Source of the DNA: Kiritimatiellales bacterium
GTDB taxonomy: Bacteria; Verrucomicrobiota; Kiritimatiellia; Kiritimatiellales; Pontiellaceae
Assembly: GCA_003252225.1 (NCBI GenBank)
Contig: QKFE01000283.1
Span: 1-37,566 of the forward strand
Length of the DNA stretch: 37,566 bases
Reading direction: 5' to 3'
Position 1 is the first letter of the stretch. Each line of letters opens with the position of its first letter. The position numbers and the translations under genes are program-made. The notes under the pieces were generated by a model, which made no database searches, had not been told where the DNA came from, and saw only the letters and a list, made by a program, of their open reading frames with translations. Positions 35,649-37,566 of this stretch are shown piece by piece.

Positions 35649-35782
35649 GAACCGCAGATAAACACGGATGGACACGGATAACCAAGGGTCTACGGTAATT
35701 ATTCCGCTCACTTCATGGGTGCTTCCCGCGTTTTCTCTATCTTGTTGAAACATCCGTGTTTGTCCGCGTTCATCCGTGGTTC
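35649..35782. repeat. Imperfect palindromic repeat with 10-nt periodic arms (acacggat)
   Basis: gaaccgcagataaacacggatggacacggat vs the reverse complement of 35752-35782: 24/31. It is followed by the hairpin tccggc-tct-gccgga (35801-35815). Confidence 0.8.
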
Positions 35783-35821
35783 ATTTCTGTTAAATTTGGT
35801 TCCGGCTCTGCCGGATTGGGA

Positions 35822-35914
35822 TTATAAACAATCGGTCGGAACACGGATGCACTGGCTTCGATAGGCGGCGGGGGCCATGCCGGTAATCTGGTTGAATACG
35901 CGGCTGAAATAGGT
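35822..35914 (-). pseudogene. C-terminal remnant of an AraC-family transcriptional regulator
   Basis: Hand translation gives TYFSRVFNQITGMAPAAYRSQCIRVPTDCL*, the AraC second-HTH signature. An in-frame TGA lies about 14 codons upstream, with no ATG before the motif. Confidence 0.75.
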
Positions 35915-36016
35915 GCGGAGATAGACATAAATGCCGGGATACTTAAAGCTGTTTCATGATGCCTCCAGCGTTTTAAATGACGGGAATGACATAAAACAAA
36001 AAGGGCGGGTATTTTT

Positions 36017-36763
36017 ATGAGCACACAAATCGGACCCTCGGCGGCGAACGGATTTTCTCCTTACGAAAACCACATCCTTTCCGGAAGCGAAACCCACGTA
36101 ATGCTCTTCGCATTCGCAAAAGAAAACAAGGCCGCCGATGCCGCCGTTGCGCTCAAGAGGCTGAATGAAAAGAAAGCGGAAAAGGCGTTCGGGAAAGTCG
36201 GCATCACCAACCTCAGCTCCTATACAATCCCGCTCAAGGGGAAAACGGCCGTACTGGTTTATTTCGACTACGCGGGCAGCTGCTACCTCGATGCCGTAAA
36301 AGATTTCGAATCGGTCGGGCCGGTCAGCGTATTTGATATGATTCTCGACCCGCATCCGCGCGCGGTGCAGGATGAACAGCTCTGGCTGCAGATGGAGTGG
36401 ATCAACTATATTTACGGCGCAAAACCCGCCGATGCCAAACCGGAAAAAACTGCGCAGGCCACCCGGATAAAACCCGACCGCGAAGCGTACTACCGCACGC
36501 TCCACCAAACCGTCTGGCCGGGCGTTTGCGACCATATGGCCCGCGCCGGAAACCACGATTTCTCTATTTTCCTCGTCGAACTCGGTAATGAGATTTATCA
36601 GTTTTTCTACGTTGAAAACTATGCAACCGAAGCGCAGAAGGAAAAGATGAAAACCTACGCCGACCCGACCTATCAGCGGTGGTACAACGCTGCCGCGCCC
36701 TGCCTCGACCCGCTTCCCGGGGCTGTCGACTGCTGGGTGAAAATGGAGCCGGTTTCGGAATAG
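36017..36763 (+). CDS. L-rhamnose mutarotase family protein, two tandem domains
   Basis: C-terminal domain IKPDREAYYRTLHQTVWPGV....AGNHDFSIFL...QRW...PCLDPL...WVKME. The N-terminal domain is a degenerate copy (GITNLSSY..VYFDY.G...WLQME). Confidence 0.8.
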   Translation: MSTQIGPSAANGFSPYENHILSGSETHVMLFAFAKENKAADAAVALKRLNEKKAEKAFGKVGITNLSSYTIPLKGKTAVLVYFDYAGSCYLDAVKDFESVGPVSVFDMILDPHPRAVQDEQLWLQMEWINYIYGAKPADAKPEKTAQATRIKPDREAYYRTLHQTVWPGVCDHMARAGNHDFSIFLVELGNEIYQFFYVENYATEAQKEKMKTYADPTYQRWYNAAAPCLDPLPGAVDCWVKMEPVSE

Positions 36764-37002
36764 AAGCCAAATCAGAAAACTGAATCCGAAAATCCGGAGG
36801 GGTTTTTGTGTTAATCCGGCGGACAAATGGGCGGTCTTTCCGATATATGGCTTTCGGACTATTTACGAAGTGTCGGCGGTCTGGTGGCGAAGCATCCGGT
36901 ATTTTTAGCATGTTTTCTGCTTTTTTGTTTTATGTAGGGCGCTTCCGATGAAAGTGCCGGAATTGAAAAAATCAATGCAGCCGGAAGACCGCAAAGGAGC
37001 AA

Positions 37003-37566
37003 ATGATGAAAAGTAAGGTTTGGATATTTTTGGCCGGCAGCCTGTTGCTGGCGGAGTCCGGAAGTGCACAGACGCTTTTTTTTGATTTTGACGGGTATGA
37101 ACCCGGCCCACTTATTAAACAGCCCGATTGGCGGGCGGATCATCCCGAACTTGCAAAAACCGCATTCTTTGTGATGGACGGGCTGGGCCGGACGCAGAAA
37201 TCCGGTGATAAAGGGCTGGGGATCGTGTCTGCCGGGAGTTTCGTCAACATTTCCTGCATTGACGGCATTCCGTTGAATCCCGGGGAAACCTATACGATGG
37301 AATTGGATTTTATGGCGGGATTAACGCCGGGAGCGCTGGAAAAAACAGAACGGTTTGATGTTGCTGCTGGGGAGCAGGGAAATGAAACCGGCGGAGCGCT
37401 GGAACATTGTTTTTGAGATTGCTCCGCAGGGAAACTGGGAAATCAAGGGGAGTCTCGGACAGTGGGTGTCGTATGCCAAGCTTCCGTCCGAAGCAATTGT
37501 CAAACGACCGAAAACGGGAAAAATGGCGGTTTCAAAATGGCACCATTTCAAACTCGAAATCCAGAA
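37003..37566 (+). pseudogene. Secreted beta-sandwich-like protein, apparently frameshifted near 37340-37345 and continuing off the window
   Basis: SD AAGGAG, signal peptide, and FDFDGYEPGPL..Q..W. The first frame stops at 37416; the +1 frame is open from 37325 to the window end (QNGLMLLLGSRE...WNIVFEI...SKWHHFKLEIQ). Confidence 0.6.

Noticed and set aside
1-37566. tRNA, rRNA, prophage or defence-system genes
   Set aside because: None were recognised by eye; intergenic gaps are short or explained by the repeats listed.

Overview
Bacterial chromosomal segment. Gene content and protein style suggest a PVC-group organism such as Kiritimatiellota or Verrucomicrobia; this is an inference. From left to right: a glpD-like gene cut off by a RAYT/Y1 HUH transposase element with 24-bp inverted repeats and a nested tandem tract at its right end; folA; an argA-like NAGS gene; a coiled-coil gene carrying an in-frame REP doublet; a minus-strand pseudopilin cluster (PilV/W/X/N/O-like) ending in a retropepsin-type protease; acnB; a candidate sRNA; hisB, tauE and hisH with a small unannotated Cys-rich gene; a hybrid kinase; a complete moxR-DUF58-batABCDE operon; usp; three histidine kinases, one lacking its phospho-His; an AraC remnant; a double-domain rhamnose mutarotase; and a frameshifted secreted protein running off the window. 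Two signals stand out. First, a four-helix-bundle (IVS-protein/Avd-like) gene is enclosed by ~60-bp heptamer-rich inverted repeats, and a gene-less sister element sits in the same operon, both directly after TTCCG-TAA stops. Second, the RAYT element ends in five copies of one 13-mer that share a fixed end but differ in length, which looks like a footprint of repeated HUH strand transfer. All alignments were done by eye; no database searches were run.
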